From Antedon mediterranea (lineage: Eukaryota > Animalia > Echinodermata), in assembly GCF_964355755.1 (NCBI RefSeq), contig NC_092671.1, forward strand, positions 34,606,304-34,670,303: a stretch of DNA of 64,000 nucleotides. The letters are read 5' to 3'. Position 1 is the first letter of the stretch. Each line of letters opens with the position of its first letter. The position numbers and the translations under genes were made by a program. The notes beneath the pieces are model-generated. The model saw nothing but the letters and a program-made list of their open reading frames with translations. It searched no databases and was not told where the DNA came from. Below, piece after piece: positions 1 to 13,961 of this stretch.

Positions 1-63
1 AACGACTGAAGCCTGGCTTAGGTGTTGTACAGGTGAAGTAGCCTGCAGAACAGGAAACTGGGG
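1..63 (-). CDS. LRP2: LRP2 exon, LDLa cluster III repeat 7 (truncated by window edge)
   Basis: ttttag acceptor then PVSCSAGYFTCTTPKPGFSR. Confidence 0.85.
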
Positions 64-603
64 CTAAAAATAAAACAAAATCACAACATTAAACATGTTT
101 CTTAAAATTTAAAGATATTAAAATTGAAAATTTACAAAAGGTAAACTATAAAAGTAAAAATCAAAATCAAAACATTTAGCATTTATCCACATTTTTTTTA
201 CAAAACAGATGGTAAAGGTATATACTGTAATAGAAACAAATTTAGATAAGAAACATAATAAAAGATAAGAGTTCACAAACTGATTTTAAAAATTACATTA
301 TAAACATTTTTATGTGATTTACTGTATTTAAAAACAAATTTAGATATGGTATTGGTATAGATAACAAAAGACTAAAGAATTCGCAAGGTCAATTATAAAT
401 CTAGATTACACGATATTGTATGTACACTATTAAATAGTAATATACTAAAAAAGTTCTCTAGTTGAGAGAGACAAAGTACCACAAATAAACATCCAAAGAG
501 ATGGCCACTGTCAAAAATTCATCATAGTACTATACACTGGGCCCTCTGAGAGAACTGAAGAGGCTACCCAGTATAAAGAATAAATAATAATAATAATACT
601 TAC

Positions 604-738
604 AGCAATCGCCAGCAGTGTCATCTTCATCAGAACCATCTCCACAATCATCTTCTGCATCGCACACCCAACTTAATGGGATACAACGATTATTCTGGCA
701 AGTGTAATACCCCGTATGACAAGTAAAGTCAGGTGAAT
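604..738 (-). CDS. LRP2: LRP2 exon, LDLa cluster III repeat 6
   Basis: [33 protein letters not shown]; phase 1-1. Confidence 0.93.
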
Positions 739-1237
739 CTATAGCAATAAATATCAATATTTTAAATTAAATAGTCATTTTACTATATTTGGACTGACAA
801 AACAATTCACAAGGCAAATGGCGGCAAATGAACAGTGGTCATTCCTTCTAGGTGATAAAGTACCAGGTAAAACCGGTATTTTATTACAAAGTTTTGTTTA
901 AAGATTCCCATGGCAAATAAACACAATAGTGTATCGCAAACCTAACTTTAGGGCCTGTTTAGACCAGAGTTATGCTTTTGTATCAAACGTGGCATTGTAC
1001 AGTACAACTCCGGTCTAAATCAGTAAAAGATTAGTGGAAGCCACCTCTTAATACGACACTGATCTTTCATGATCAAAATGGCAAAAAATGAGCTAACAAA
1101 CAAGGGTTTATCATTCCTTCTGGGAATTCCTCACAGTAATGTAAAACAGGCATTTGTTATTCTATAGAAATATAGTGATGCGGGTATAAGCCCCTAACCC
1201 CCCCCGGGATATAATAACAGCAAAAATGAAATCGTAC

Positions 1238-1363
1238 CACAAATATCAGCTGGTTCATCACTACTATCTTCACAGTCAACCTCACCATCACAGTACCAGC
1301 TACCTGGGTAGCATCTCTGTGAATCATCACAGCGGCGGTATGTTTCAGCACATTCATTTGAAC
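1238..1363 (-). CDS. LRP2: LRP2 exon, LDLa cluster III repeat 5
   Basis: [38 protein letters not shown]; phase 1-1. Confidence 0.93.
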
Positions 1364-1789
1364 CTAAAAAGAAACGTTAAGAAGTTATGACATTGTGTAC
1401 TTAGTATGTGACATACAGGCAAATTGTCTTTTGAAAGTTGTGTGTTGCAAATTACACTATTTTCGTGTCTACCACATTTAAGTGAGCTGTAGATTTCACA
1501 TTGCCTAATGTTATAATTTATACAGTATAATGCAGATAAGTGTATGTAAATAAAATTAAGTACAAAATAATTATAATATATTTCATCATTTTTCAACTAT
1601 GAAGCCATGGATTTAAAGAAATCATGTTCTAAGACTCTTATTATTTATAACCAAATCTATTTGACAATCTACTTTTGGAATAAATTTAGACCATTTTCTA
1701 TTATAAATGCAAACATCAAAGAACCATTTGTAACAAATTGTATTTTTTATTTTATTAATAATATGAATCAAATAGCAAGAAACTCACTA

Positions 1790-1990
1790 ATTATAGGCCT
1801 ACAGGATGAAAACTATAATTTATCATGCTTAAAGTAAGTCTCATTTGAGGCTTAGAAAGTGGAATAGTCATTAGTTACAACCCGGAAACTACAGTAGGTC
1901 AGGACCCTTGGTAGTTAACATGCTTGCCTTCCAATCAATGGGATTGGAAGGCAAGCATGTTAGCCCCCCAACTAATAGCTCCACTACTAT
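1790..1990 (-). mobile_element. Degenerate tRNA-derived SINE-like repeat (related copies near 6355-6470 and 49730-49890)
   Basis: Shared blocks caggat..aactat..taatttatc, aagtctcatttgaggcttag and agctccact. Confidence 0.5.
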
Positions 1991-2114
1991 TAACATTAGT
2001 CTTCAATTTGAGTGACTCTCTTGTACCTGTTTGCTTTAAGACTTCATATTTTGCTTTTATTTATAAACTTAATAATAAATGAATCATTATTAATGACATA
2101 ATGATTTAACTTAC

Positions 2115-2243
2115 TGCAGGTAATTGGGTCTTCATCTGATCCGTCTAAACAGTCATTGTCACCATCGCAATAATACGTCTCATGAATACACAAGTTGTTG
2201 TTAGGGCAACGGTCATAGTTTTCAGGGCAAGGAGTCGGTGAAG
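2115..2243 (-). CDS. LRP2: LRP2 exon, LDLa cluster III repeat 4
   Basis: [38 protein letters not shown]; phase 1-1. Confidence 0.93.
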
Positions 2244-4906
2244 CTAAAACATAGAAATAAATTTGTAATTATGTCTCTATTTAAAAAAAATTTCTTTCAT
2301 AAAAATAATAACCAGGGGAAAAAAGGTTAAAAAAAGGGGGTTTCGTATTGTATTGTCGTGTTTCACTGCACAGCATCTAAAGTGATATATCATTGAAATA
2401 GAGAGAGAAGACAAAAATGATAAAATTCAAAATCAAAAACTCAATACAAATGATAGTACTATAATTACAGTAAAAAATTATTTGTAAACTTATCTCATTT
2501 TTAAACATATTTCACTATTTATCATATTCTTCAAATAATTTAATTGATAATAATAATAATAATAATTTATTTTTTTTTTTCATTATGGTCTTGTTATTAC
2601 TTTGTTTTTTAAGGGTTTGTGCTTAAATGCTTATTTTGAGTTCCCTTTTCCATAACTTGTGATCTACATAACCATATGTTTTATGGAATCAAAATTTATT
2701 TGATTGATTGATTGATTGACCCTTACAACATATATATTCTCTTTGATTCAAAAACTTGCAACCTCTGCTTCATAGGTCTACATACTGAACTAACGAGTAC
2801 TTAGTACCTAGTAGGATCTGACACGCCCGAATCGTCTTGACTGTTAGAAATGTATAGTATATAAAACAACAGGTGAGAGAGAATAAGGGTCACTTTGTAT
2901 CTCACTCAGTTTCGGAGTACTTGAATCATGATTGAAGTTAAAATTTGTATTGGGCTCTATTCATGCATAAGTGTCATTTTGTATACAGCAGCTTACAGTA
3001 CATATTCAAGGCATAAAGAATTTATTGTAGCAATCTTTTATCTAAGAAACAATACTACAAACAGGATCTAGATTATTTGAAAAAAAAAGGATTTATAATT
3101 TAATTTTTCTGCTTTCGATTACCTATAATCATGACAGTGTAATTTAATTGCTCTAGCAATTTACAATGCTATAAAAATTATATAAAAACTACAAACAGCA
3201 AATTATGTAAGAGGGAAAAAAAGAATGGTGACAAAACTAATAGTGGGTAGAAGATCAATACCACAAGAAAGCTTTTGGTCACTTACAAGACAGGGGGCGT
3301 ACCGTGGGGGTCGATGCTATGATGGGTAGTGCAGGGAGCGATATTTCTTTTCGTACATAAGTTGGGTGACCCCTCATGAAACGTCACAAAATAAACATGT
3401 GACGTTAGAATTGAACTACAATTCGCTAATGCAAATGCTTTCCATCGACTTTGCATGTCGATGACTAACTTCTTTTTACTTTATAGTGAGAGAATAGATT
3501 ATTTGGTTAAAGGTTTAGTTATATTTTAGAAAGTAATTTGGCTATCTTTCACAAGGAGACCCCCAACTTATGTACGAGAAAAAAAATGTGTGTAGGCACC
3601 ATGCATCCTGGGAATATTACCCACAAGGTGGGCATTCTGTATGCATTGGCTTTTATTTACATGTATACAGTAGTACAATGTATGTTTCTGTTATCTAAAA
3701 TTATCTATATGTAAAGGCCTTTAAACTGTTTTAATGAAGTGTCCTTGTACTAGGGTTTTACACCATAAAACACAATACAAACATCATTGAACAGCGTATT
3801 AGTGTATTTATCTCTTTGTATTGATCAAGGATTTAATTAAGAATATGCTTTTAAGTTTAATGGTTATTATTGAATTCTATGATGTCCATGCCAACGTCTG
3901 TCAATGTGGAATAGTATGCCATTGTTATAGAAATTTCTAGAAATAATGTAAAAATCTATGTATAGACAAATTTAATTTTAATTGAATACACCATGGATAA
4001 TCCATATTATATAGAAATTAGTCATGATCACTGCCAAAAAAGTTTGATATTTCCCTGCCTTCATCAGATTTGTTCCAGCCAGTGGTGTAACAGCTATGAG
4101 CAGTCACTCGCTAAACCCAGTGGGCACCATGAGGCTGAAGTAAGGGATTCAGCATGAGCAGCCAAATGCAATTATCCCACTTAGGAGTGCTAAACCAGGA
4201 GCCTTTCCCCCTGCCTTAGGCCACTGTTTACAGCTTGTTTTTTACTGTATACTGCACATAATAAGAAAAAATACAGGGAAGATGTCTATAAGCGTAACTA
4301 ATTCTGTAATATGCTTGACGTGCAAACTAAATAACAGCAGATTTTCAAATTGCATACAATATGCAGCTACAATAATGTAATACAGTATTAATATAATATA
4401 ATACATATTTACAAATATGTGTTTACTTTTTATTTTAGCTTTAAAGTATTCTGTATTCAAAATTGTTATAATGATAATAATCTTGTCTTTTCAATATAAA
4501 TTTAATCAAAACTATAAAATATATACTGTATTTATACTCTGTACAAAATATTAATATCAATTGTACTTTGTTTTGTTTGTGCATATGGAGGGATCTACCA
4601 TTCAATAAACCTTTTTTCAAAGGTGCCAAATGAGGAAAACCTGGGCAGGATTGTGTTCAGACAAATTTGATAGAGTCACAGGGCTGTGAACAATGAACAT
4701 ATTGTTAAACCTCCAAGTTGGTATTTTGGTATGCAACTCTATTATTGGGCTTTGTTTGGGATAATGCATTGTACCAGTCAGCCTAGTATATTATTATATA
4801 ACACCTAAATATATTCCTGTCATTTGATTGGATGATTGTGGGTCACATGGCATGCAATATTAATTAATGTTTTTAAAATATAAATTGTACCAAAAATAAA
4901 ACTTAC

Positions 4907-5029
4907 GACAATCTATTTCATCAGTGGCATTGGCATCTCGGCAACTATTAGCGCCGTCACAGACAACAGCCAAGCTTAGACACCTGCCATTTCCACATGT
5001 AAACTCGTCAAATTCGCAGGTTGGGAAGG
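4907..5029 (-). CDS. LRP2: LRP2 exon, LDLa cluster III repeat 3
   Basis: FPTCEFDEFTCGNGRCLSLAVVCDGANSCRDANATDEIDC; phase 1-1. Confidence 0.92.
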
Positions 5030-5676
5030 CTAGGAATGAAAGAAATCATACTCTGATTTAGTAATTTATAATAATTTGAATGCACAAATATGAAAAGAAA
5101 AACAAGATTAAAAGGTAATATATTTTTCACATTAATATATGAGCAAATAAATTTTCCTCATGTCTTCATAGTGGAATTGAATTAACACAAACATAATAAA
5201 TGTATTAAATATTATATTATTCCATATTCATAAAGTTCTTTTAGAAGTTTTATTTGTTTCCATTTTTATCTATTAACTGCTTACATTTTAATGTTACTGA
5301 AAAGTACAAAATATCTTATTTGATTTACAGACTTTCACAGCTGGTTTTTACCTATACAATTATCAAAATTACAATACATTGACATTTACAGGGGTGTGTC
5401 CGCTATGAGTCACAATTGATAAAATATGACAAAAACACTGGTTGAATTGATACCTGGATGTTCTGTATGATAAATTTCTTTCCTAAAAAATACTGGTTGA
5501 ATCTAACAATGATGTACATTTTAATTTGACAGGCAGAGAGAAACTCTATATTGTCATTGAGGTACTGAAAATGAATTAATCAGGTATACAAAACCACACA
5601 AGATAATATAATGAAAAAATATTGGCTGGAGTTGCCTACTGTGTGGTTCATGTTAGGGTGATAGCATACCCTAAAC

Positions 5677-5820
5677 ACAGTGGCGTAACAACTATGAGCA
5701 CTTTCTGGCTAAACTCAGGGGCCCTGGAGTTTAGGGGGCTCCAGAGCATGGGCAGCTCCAATCCAACTTCCAAACGTTATAGGGCCTCTCATGAGTGCTC
5801 CCAGCTGCGTTACACCGCTG
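5677..5820. mobile_element. hAT-like MITE (related copy near 4080-4228)
   Basis: TIRs cagtggcgtaac...gttacaccgctg; shared start cagtgg.gtaaca.ctatgagca. Confidence 0.55.
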
Positions 5821-6007
5821 ACTAATCAATGTTGGCCTAACCACCAAAACATAATGGTACAGTATATGCTGTTTGTGCCTTCAAACCAGAAGTATAAAGT
5901 TCAAATCATTTCTTGTTTGTGCCTGTTTCCACTACAATATGGCACAATAATGACTTATAATTTTATTATTATTATTATTATTGCATAGTTAATTATAAGA
6001 AACTTAC

Positions 6008-6124
6008 GACAATCTACTTCATCACTGTTATCTCGACAGTCGTTGTCATAATCGCAACGCCATGCATACGGAATGCATCTAGAATTATCACACATGAATT
6101 CGGAATCATCACATTCATGGAAAG
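6008..6124 (-). CDS. LRP2: LRP2 exon, LDLa cluster III repeat 2
   Basis: [38 protein letters not shown]; phase 1-1. Confidence 0.93.
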
Positions 6125-6946
6125 CTGGAAATAAAACAATATGAAATCATTATTTAACAAATCTACCGTATTCAAAATGTAAATCTGTGAGAATTCATTA
6201 TCTGTGGACATGCATTATAACAACAAGTTCTGACAAAAGAGTATTCTTTTTCTGTATCAAATAGTATACAATTTAAATAAAGTAAATGTTTATAGGTTGA
6301 TTGGAACAGTTAATCTTTTTTTGTTTTTCATACGCATCCAACAGCGACTAACTTGCCAATTACAGGAAGGATAAACTATTTAATAATTTATCATGCTGGG
6401 AGTGGAGTTGAACAACTCTGGCATTAGGAATTGGAAGGCAAGCATGTTAACCACCACAGCTCCACTACAATCTTTCAACTCATGAAAATATTTTCTCTAT
6501 TCAATGAACACAAAACATTCATCATTCATTTTGTACTGTCATAATTTATACTTTATTTAAATTAAACCATTTGGAAATGGACATCAATGGCTAGGTACAG
6601 TATACAACTAGGTTGAGCTAAGTTTTTTTGTGTGGAGCACAACATTTATATTGTAGACGGCATGTCAGAGGTTAGTTTTGTATTATTTATCGACCTATCA
6701 TGCTGCACAATGAGTGGGGCCATTGAATAGAACAATTCAAGATCATTTCTACATTTCGACAAATAACACATGATATGAAATCAGCCAATGAAATGACAAG
6801 GATGGATGTGCAATAACACTAATGTAACTGTTCAAACACAGTACAATACAGTAGTACCAGGATCGTATTTAAACTGATTGTTGATCCATAGTAACTTAAT
6901 ACGATTAAGTATAGTAGGTATGATTTGTACTGTATGTAAAACTTAC

Positions 6947-7075
6947 CGCATAGATACTCGGCTTCATCTGAATTATCAACACAATCATTGTCAAGATCAC
7001 ACACCCACAGATCAGGAATGCAGTGGCCATTATCGCAGTAAAAATTGAACAAGCCAGTACATAAGTTACTTTCAT
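6947..7075 (-). CDS. LRP2: LRP2 exon, LDLa cluster III repeat 1
   Basis: [32 protein letters not shown]; phase 1-1. Confidence 0.93.
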
Positions 7076-7149
7076 CTAGAGTTTTAAAACAAGAGCATTA
7101 CATTTTTATAGTGACGGAAATAGTTACTATACTACTTGGTTTTTGTGTA

Positions 7150-7277
7150 AAGATCTGTCTACACTATCAAACTAGTTTGACAATAACAGTGTGTCGAAAT
7201 ATGGTAGTGATATGACATCATCATGTCCATGGGCACATCACATTTTGTTGTAACATAAAGTTTGACAGACAGAGCTT
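7150..7277. mobile_element. Harbinger-like MITE family A (further copies or fragments near 28200-28295, 52455-52553, 53860-53953, 54633-54765, 55240-55360, 62143-62313)
   Basis: TIR agctctgtctacactatcaaact...agtttgatagtgtagacagagct with a shared internal atatggtagtgatatg core. Confidence 0.7.
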
Positions 7278-8247
7278 TGATGCTAAGGTTCACTTTAGAA
7301 TAATGAGAATAAATTTTTTGACTAAAACAGGGATTAAAATAAATAAAATAATAACTAAATTTAAGACTAATATTTTTAGTGTAATCTACAAAATCAGTGA
7401 TGTTGCATTACAGTGCAGAAAGTATTTCAACATAACAAGTTGTTTGGCCTTCTTCCAACCAATTCAATAAGTCGGAAAATATTAAAGAAATCATTTGCTT
7501 ACTTAGACTAGGTCTTGATATTATAATAGGGTACCTGGGCTAATATTTGAAATTTAATACTAGTTATGTAATATTACAGTTTAAAGTGGGTCACTTATAC
7601 GTGAGTTTAAATTTACAGTATGAAATGGTTATTTGATGTTATATAATGTGCAGTAACACGTCTCCGCCAGGGCTTCCATGATTCAATAATTGGATGGCAA
7701 TTCAAGTTTCAGCTTTAACACGGAACACAGTATAGAACTTTACGCACATCCAATCAAATTAATACATATTGTATTCATTTTTTTAATATTGAATTTATTT
7801 TTTTTTATCTACTACTAATAGTAAAGGCAACATGCACAAACTTCTGCTTTCCAACATTCCTCTTTAAAGGTAATGTTTAAATTAATTATTAATTCCTAAT
7901 AGTTGTATATACTGTAAAAAAAGGAACAATAAATAAATATTATATAATAATTTATTATGATTACTTCAAAGATGGTCCCTATTTGCAATTAATATTCACA
8001 AAAAGATGATCCCTACTCATCTCAAACAACATCATGTTCCCATATGGGACATACAGTGGAAACTTTTTCATTGTGCATTCTGTTCAAGTGTTGGTTTGTC
8101 GAGGGTGGTTACTCTGTTGTTTTAATACATGCTATATAGACTTGAACAATACCATAATTACTCTATTGTTACAGTATTGGAAGAGCGTCATCGTCGTAGT
8201 CAAGTAGAGGAATTCAAGTTGAAAGTTTAGTTGGGAATAGCAGTATT

Positions 8248-8369
8248 CCCTGAGTAGGGGTGTTCCCTGAGTAGGGGTGTTTCCTGAGTAGGGGTGTTCC
8301 ATGAGTAGGGGTGTTCCCTGAGTAGGGGTGTTCCCTGAGTAGGGGTGTTCCCTGAGTAGGGGTGTTCCC
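8248..8369. repeat. 17-bp minisatellite, about 7 copies, inside a Tc1/mariner-like MITE (about 8052-8389)
   Basis: Unit tgagtaggggtgttccc; flanks tacagtgga...tctactgta. Confidence 0.85.
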
Positions 8370-8447
8370 ATAGGAGAATTTCTACTGTATATCTATTTCA
8401 GTATTATCACTAAATTTAAATAAAATAAAACACTAAAAATAACTCAC

Positions 8448-8579
8448 CAACGCATGTTTTGTCGTTGTTAACCAACTTTTGACCATCAGGGCATGAACAT
8501 ACTGCAGATGAATTATCAATGCCAGGAGAACAGATATCACTGCATCCTCCATTGAATGAATCACAAGGGCTTGAAGAAC
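8448..8579 (-). CDS. LRP2: LRP2 exon, EGF before cluster III
   Basis: SPCDSFNGGCSDICSPG...CSCPDGQKLVNDKTC; phase 1-1. Confidence 0.92.
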
Positions 8580-8915
8580 CTAGACAAATAGAGAGATATT
8601 TTGTAATTAATAATTTATATTAATTGTACTACACTGATCTAAAGTCAGAAACAGTGATGTTATACTAAAATCTCTGTCCACTCAAAATGTTCATCAATCA
8701 GTGTTCTTCCGAAGCAGGGATTCGCTGGAAATAAGAAAGTTTTCAGATGAGATTTGAAAGCGGTATTTAAAAAAAAAACTAAATTAATTTAAGACTTATA
8801 ATAAGAATAATAAGTCAATAATTCTTCTTCTTCTGCAGTTAATTAATTTTTTTTTTACTGTAATAATGTATGATTTTAGTTTGTTGCAGTAGTTGAAAGC
8901 TTATGAATATTTTAT

Positions 8916-9400
8916 GTGATAACAGTGTCGTCCTTCTATAGGTCAGTTATAGAGAGTGTAATAACGTATTCTTTAACGGTATGGTTCGGTAGCGCTACCG
9001 AAAATGAAAAGCGTGACCTAAATAGAATAGTCAAGACCGCATCGCGTATAATTGGATCTGCACAACTGCCTTTGGAGAACATATTTTCGGATCGTCTTCT
9101 GAAAAAGGCAGTGGCTATCAAAGATGATCAATTTCATCCGGCCTCTAGTATGTTCCAGTTGATGCGCAGCGGTCGGCGATTTCGTTCTATTAAGGCCAAT
9201 AAGGCACGATTTACAAATAGTTTCTTTCCAGGATCTATTAGAGCCTTAAATATGATGTAGACACTTTTTTTTTGTAATGTTTTTGTTTTTGAGTTCGTGT
9301 TGTGTCCGTTGGATATTGTGCTCCGCCAACAGAGCAAACAGAATTTCTATGTTTTTCCTAAAACAAATGATAATAAATGATACTTGACTTGACTTGACTT
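8916..9400 (+). mobile_element. 5'-truncated LINE 3' end (Rex1/Babar-like ORF2 C-terminus)
   Basis: FYRSVIESVITYSLTVWFG...IKDDQFHP...RSGRRFRSIK...SFFPGSIRALN followed by aataaa and a (CTTGA)n tail. Confidence 0.8.
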
Positions 9401-12400
9401 ATTTCTTTGCTAACATTTAAAATTACCTATACTGTATAATGGGGGAAAAAAGATAAATATTTATCTTTCACTGTATCATTAAAAATGGTTGTTATATTGA
9501 CCAATTATGCCTCTCTGACAAAGACCTATACAATAGCTGTACCATTATTGATTTTCTACCTAATGAACGACTGTACTGTGCAACCCACAGTACAGCTTTC
9601 ATATTATATATTCATTTATATCACAGAGTTCAGTCAATATTTTAAAATATGTATCTTTATTAATGGTTTCCTCAAGCTGAAGAATAGAATACAACTGTGT
9701 AACCTCAGTATGCATTGGCAATACAGCAGGTTGTAAGATAGCTTATTCTTATTCTGTACTGTATATCAATTGATGAATCAATTTGAATTACATACTTTAG
9801 TACTGTAAAAGGGGTCAACAGGTTGTGTAATAATTCAAATATCTACATGCAATAGTCACTAATGTTAATGTGTTTTGTGTATCAATTTTGTAGTTGTGTA
9901 ATGAGACTTATGGGAACACAGTCTCAATATGAGTTCACGAAAAAGAAATAAATAAAATACTATGTAAAGAAATAATTTTATAAGTGCAATATCATAAAAA
10001 GAAATCTGAAAAAATGTTATATACCTGTGAAGAAAAATTGTGATTCTACTTAAATTACATCATGTTTTTTTAATATTATGCACACAGCACTTTGTTTTCA
10101 ATCGGAAAAGAAAATGAATCCATTAGGCAGCATAAACAATGGCAATCAATACATTGTGTGGTTGTTTAATTTACTGTACAGTGTACATATCAGGTAACAT
10201 GAACTTGTCCATCTTTGAATAGTCTGTTTAGGTACACTGGCATTATGTCATGGAGGGATATGGTTTAAAACTGAATTTTAGGGCAAATGAAATTCTTTGC
10301 TACCATTCTATGGCCATGGAATTACTTGGGGAGTGTACTAGTGGTATATGATGAGCTCAGTAACAGTCAATCTTGCGTTTTACTACAAACACAGTAAACT
10401 ATTTATTTAAAACATTCTCATGTTTTGGTACATTGATTAAATATTGATAAACTATTAAAATAACGATTAATTAAAACGATTCCAATTATGCAATTTTGTA
10501 AGACTATTTTTTTTTTTTTTTTTTTTATCAACAAATACTGTAGCAAATATTAATTAGAAAGTCGTTTGATGAGATTTTTTATTACATTTTTTTATTTGTC
10601 CTTAATTATCATATTTTAATATAAAAGTAAAATTGTTAACAAATGGGGAAAACGATTGAATATGAAAGGGATTAACAGAGAGAAAAGGGGTGAGGCCAGA
10701 GGGTGTTTGATATTTAATCTGTTGTTACAACCTATTTTTATCTTTACAAACAGATGACAAACAATGCAACTAACAGTAAAACCTCAATATTAAATTAGTC
10801 ATACTCAATTCATCCACTTCTATTAATTACAATTGTCTATTTTTACTATTATAATGCCATTCTGATTCAAGCGTAACCCAAACATTTAGTCAATTGTGCA
10901 AGGGAAAGGCTATCACAAGGACAAAAATGTATAGTAATGCTTTTGTTTAATATCCATATTTATGATTTTTTTTATATATCAATTCAATATCAGATTTCAA
11001 TGACTTTCAAGTAATACCGACAGTACATTATTTCATAATTTTTATAAACAAAATAAAAATAATAACATCAAAATTCACCTAAAAATTCATCTACAGAAAT
11101 CCATAATCTAATGGAACATTTGGTAGAGTGTTACTGTAACTCAAGATTCTGATAACAATACCGTAAAGTTTATATTCTTTTAATATTAAAACTGTCTAAA
11201 TATCAAAATTTCACTACAGTATATTTCTTAGTGATACTGTAGTCCGATCCCTTACTATGAGCATAGAGATATTATACTGTAAAAACTATAATCAATCTTT
11301 GAAATACTGTATTATATAATTTACTAAATGGCATTCCTTAACAGTTGATTTGTGACAACACATACATCTTTGTATAATATGGAACCTACTGTAGTAGTGT
11401 ATTGAAAAACATTTCTGCTTGGCTGATGTCGTCAGCTGATACCATAGAGATATTATTATAGTGAATTATATCTATGCTGATACAGAGCAAAGCTACTGTA
11501 TAAGAGATGCTGGTAATGTGTAAGTAGGCAGTACAGTGGGCTCAATTGCAGAAGCTATCATCAGTACAATAGATTGCAGATAAAAATAATGCTACTGATT
11601 GTAACAGGAGATTAAGTGGTTTCATTCAAGATGTTTTTGTGAAATCCATCCAAATACTGAATTTTTTTTTTCCATTAAAAATACTCTTGACACTGACAGT
11701 GAAATTAAGTCAGTCAAGTACTGTAAATTGTATGTCAATGTACTGTTGATAAAAGATTAACATTTTAAACAAACTGTTTTGTATGTGCATAAATTCAATA
11801 ATAATAATGAATTGCATTTAAAAAAAACTACTATTGATCAATGGTAAAAAAAAACTAGCTGCAAAAGCAATGTTGGGAATATAGTAACTGTACAATACTG
11901 TATATTAAAGAGAGAGCGTTTGTAACTTGTATATTTGTTCTTCCTTTTCTTCTATTAAATGTCTCCATCATGATATATAAAATCACTAAATGAAAAATGC
12001 CCTCGTATCTTCTTAGTTTATTTAAATGATGGAAAGACAAATATTTCTAATAGTGTTGACAATTAAAATTAGAAATTGTAGCAGATGGACAATGAACCCC
12101 ATGGATAGCAAAACATTTGAGGATCAACATGAAATAATGTGGGAGGATGAGATAACTAAATACTATACTAGGATTTAGAAAAGAGAACTGGTACAAGACC
12201 GCAGGACAACTAGTCACTGTAATGGTGTCACTGGTGCAAGACCGCAAGACAACTAGTCACTGTAGTGGTTTCAACATGAAGGATTTCGAGTTTTCAGTAA
12301 CTCTGAAGCATATCTTGAGGGTTTCAAGAAAACAGCCTTTTTGATGACATAGCACCAGGTCAATCTAAAAATTCCACCATGGAGTTAGTGATTCCACCTA

Positions 12401-13613
12401 CCATAAGAAGTTGTTAAATAACCTTTCCTTAGTACAGTTCCACACTCTAACCATTCACCTTTAACTTCTCTGCACTGACCCTAACCTTTCTACATACACA
12501 TACAATATTGTACTTAAGTTGACAACCTCTTCTTGTTCTTGCAATTTATTATTATACCCACTAGACTTTAATGGAAGACCAGAGTTTGTATCCAACTGAA
12601 CAAGTTTCATTGTCTGACACACAGATTTGAAAAATAAAATGCCCATAAATAATCATATTGACAGAATTTATTGAATGGTTTCCCCTTAAATTTACACATT
12701 TAACACTATTATCTTCACCTTGGAAACAGGCCTACAGGGAGGCAAACAGGCCTACAGGGAGACAATCAAGCACATAGATAATAAGTTATAAACACAATAA
12801 ATCATGGAACAAGCCAGATACAGGGTACTGTGTTTATGCTGAAAATAACTGAATTGTTACAAGTCACTGTATTGTTCAACATCATTAGGGTCATGTAATA
12901 GCTTGCAGACCTACTGTAATTTACTATCTGGGGGAGATGGTCATTTTACTTTGATTTAATTATTTGATGCTTTAGTAATTCTCATGAATAAACATTAGTG
13001 AGAACAGGAAGCTTACAGTAGCAGGAGGCAGGGAAACCCCCTGAAATGAATACAAATACTGACAGCAGTACATCCTTAAGACAAACCTTCACTTTACAGA
13101 ATATGGAAACAGTATTGCTTAAAATATCTAGTAATCCATAATGATGTCATAGCATTAAATGCTATTAAGTGGGCTAACTAGGAAATGGATAAAAAAAATG
13201 TGTCTTTTGTTCAAACATTTTATTGTATGTCACTAGTATTGTCAATGTAAATTACTATTTTGTTTCTAAATTCATATTGTTGATGTTCTCTACTCAACCA
13301 TTTTGGAAATCAATGCTTACAGTTAGACAGAATAAATAAATAATATAGGCTGATGGTGGTGTTTCTACATATGTCTAATAACTGTACACTTTTTTTCTGT
13401 AATCGACCCTTGTCACAGCTTTGCCTTTACATGTGTACTGTACACACTCATTTTTAGTAACTGCCTTATAACTAAAATTTTATTGCAGTTTTTTAAAATG
13501 TATTATTCCATTTATGTACTGTATAGTTGAATCTATTTAATAAGTATACATATAAAGTTCTGCCAATGCTACTGTAACTTTTTCACTACCACATATTTTT
13601 TTTATTGTATTAA

Positions 13614-13961
13614 AGATGTATTGTCCCCCAAAAACATAAAAAATGAAGATTAATTAAATCAGACTTTGAATATGTTATTTTGTAGTTTTAATAAAGTGAA
13701 TCATTTCCATAGAAAAAAAACGAAAAAAAAAAAAATGTTTTCACTTATTAAATGACAAACTAAATGGTTAAATTCAACCAAAAATCCATTGGCTGGCAGC
13801 CAATTTGACCATTTTTTGCTTTGAATTACATTTTTTCAGGTAAATACATTTTTTTTTCGATCCAATTTTTGGTCAAAGTGGATAACTATTATGTTATATT
13901 AAAATGAAATATTTAACAAAAAAATTTTTAAGAATTATTTTTTCAGGGGGACAATACATCT
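13614..13961. mobile_element. Kolobok-like non-autonomous DNA transposon (related copies 21388-21998, about 34010-34290, about 40511-40735)
   Basis: TTAA TSD; TIR agatgtattgtccccc...gggggacaatacatct. Confidence 0.75.

Noticed and set aside
1157-6211. Alternative-frame ORFs over LDLa exons (1157-1357, 6014-6211)
   Set aside because: The shifted frame of Cys/Asp-rich codons is often open by composition; the LDLa frame is the real one.
8132-8371. ORF with periodic GTPLLREHPYSGNTPTQ
   Set aside because: It is a translation of a 17-bp minisatellite, not a gene.
11256-11276. 21-nt micro-exon-like signal
   Set aside because: It overlaps a dispersed catagagatattata repeat that also occurs near 11444 and 50790.
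12190-12275. 43-bp tandem duplication within a short ORF
   Set aside because: No usable splice sites or recognisable protein; treated as a local duplication.
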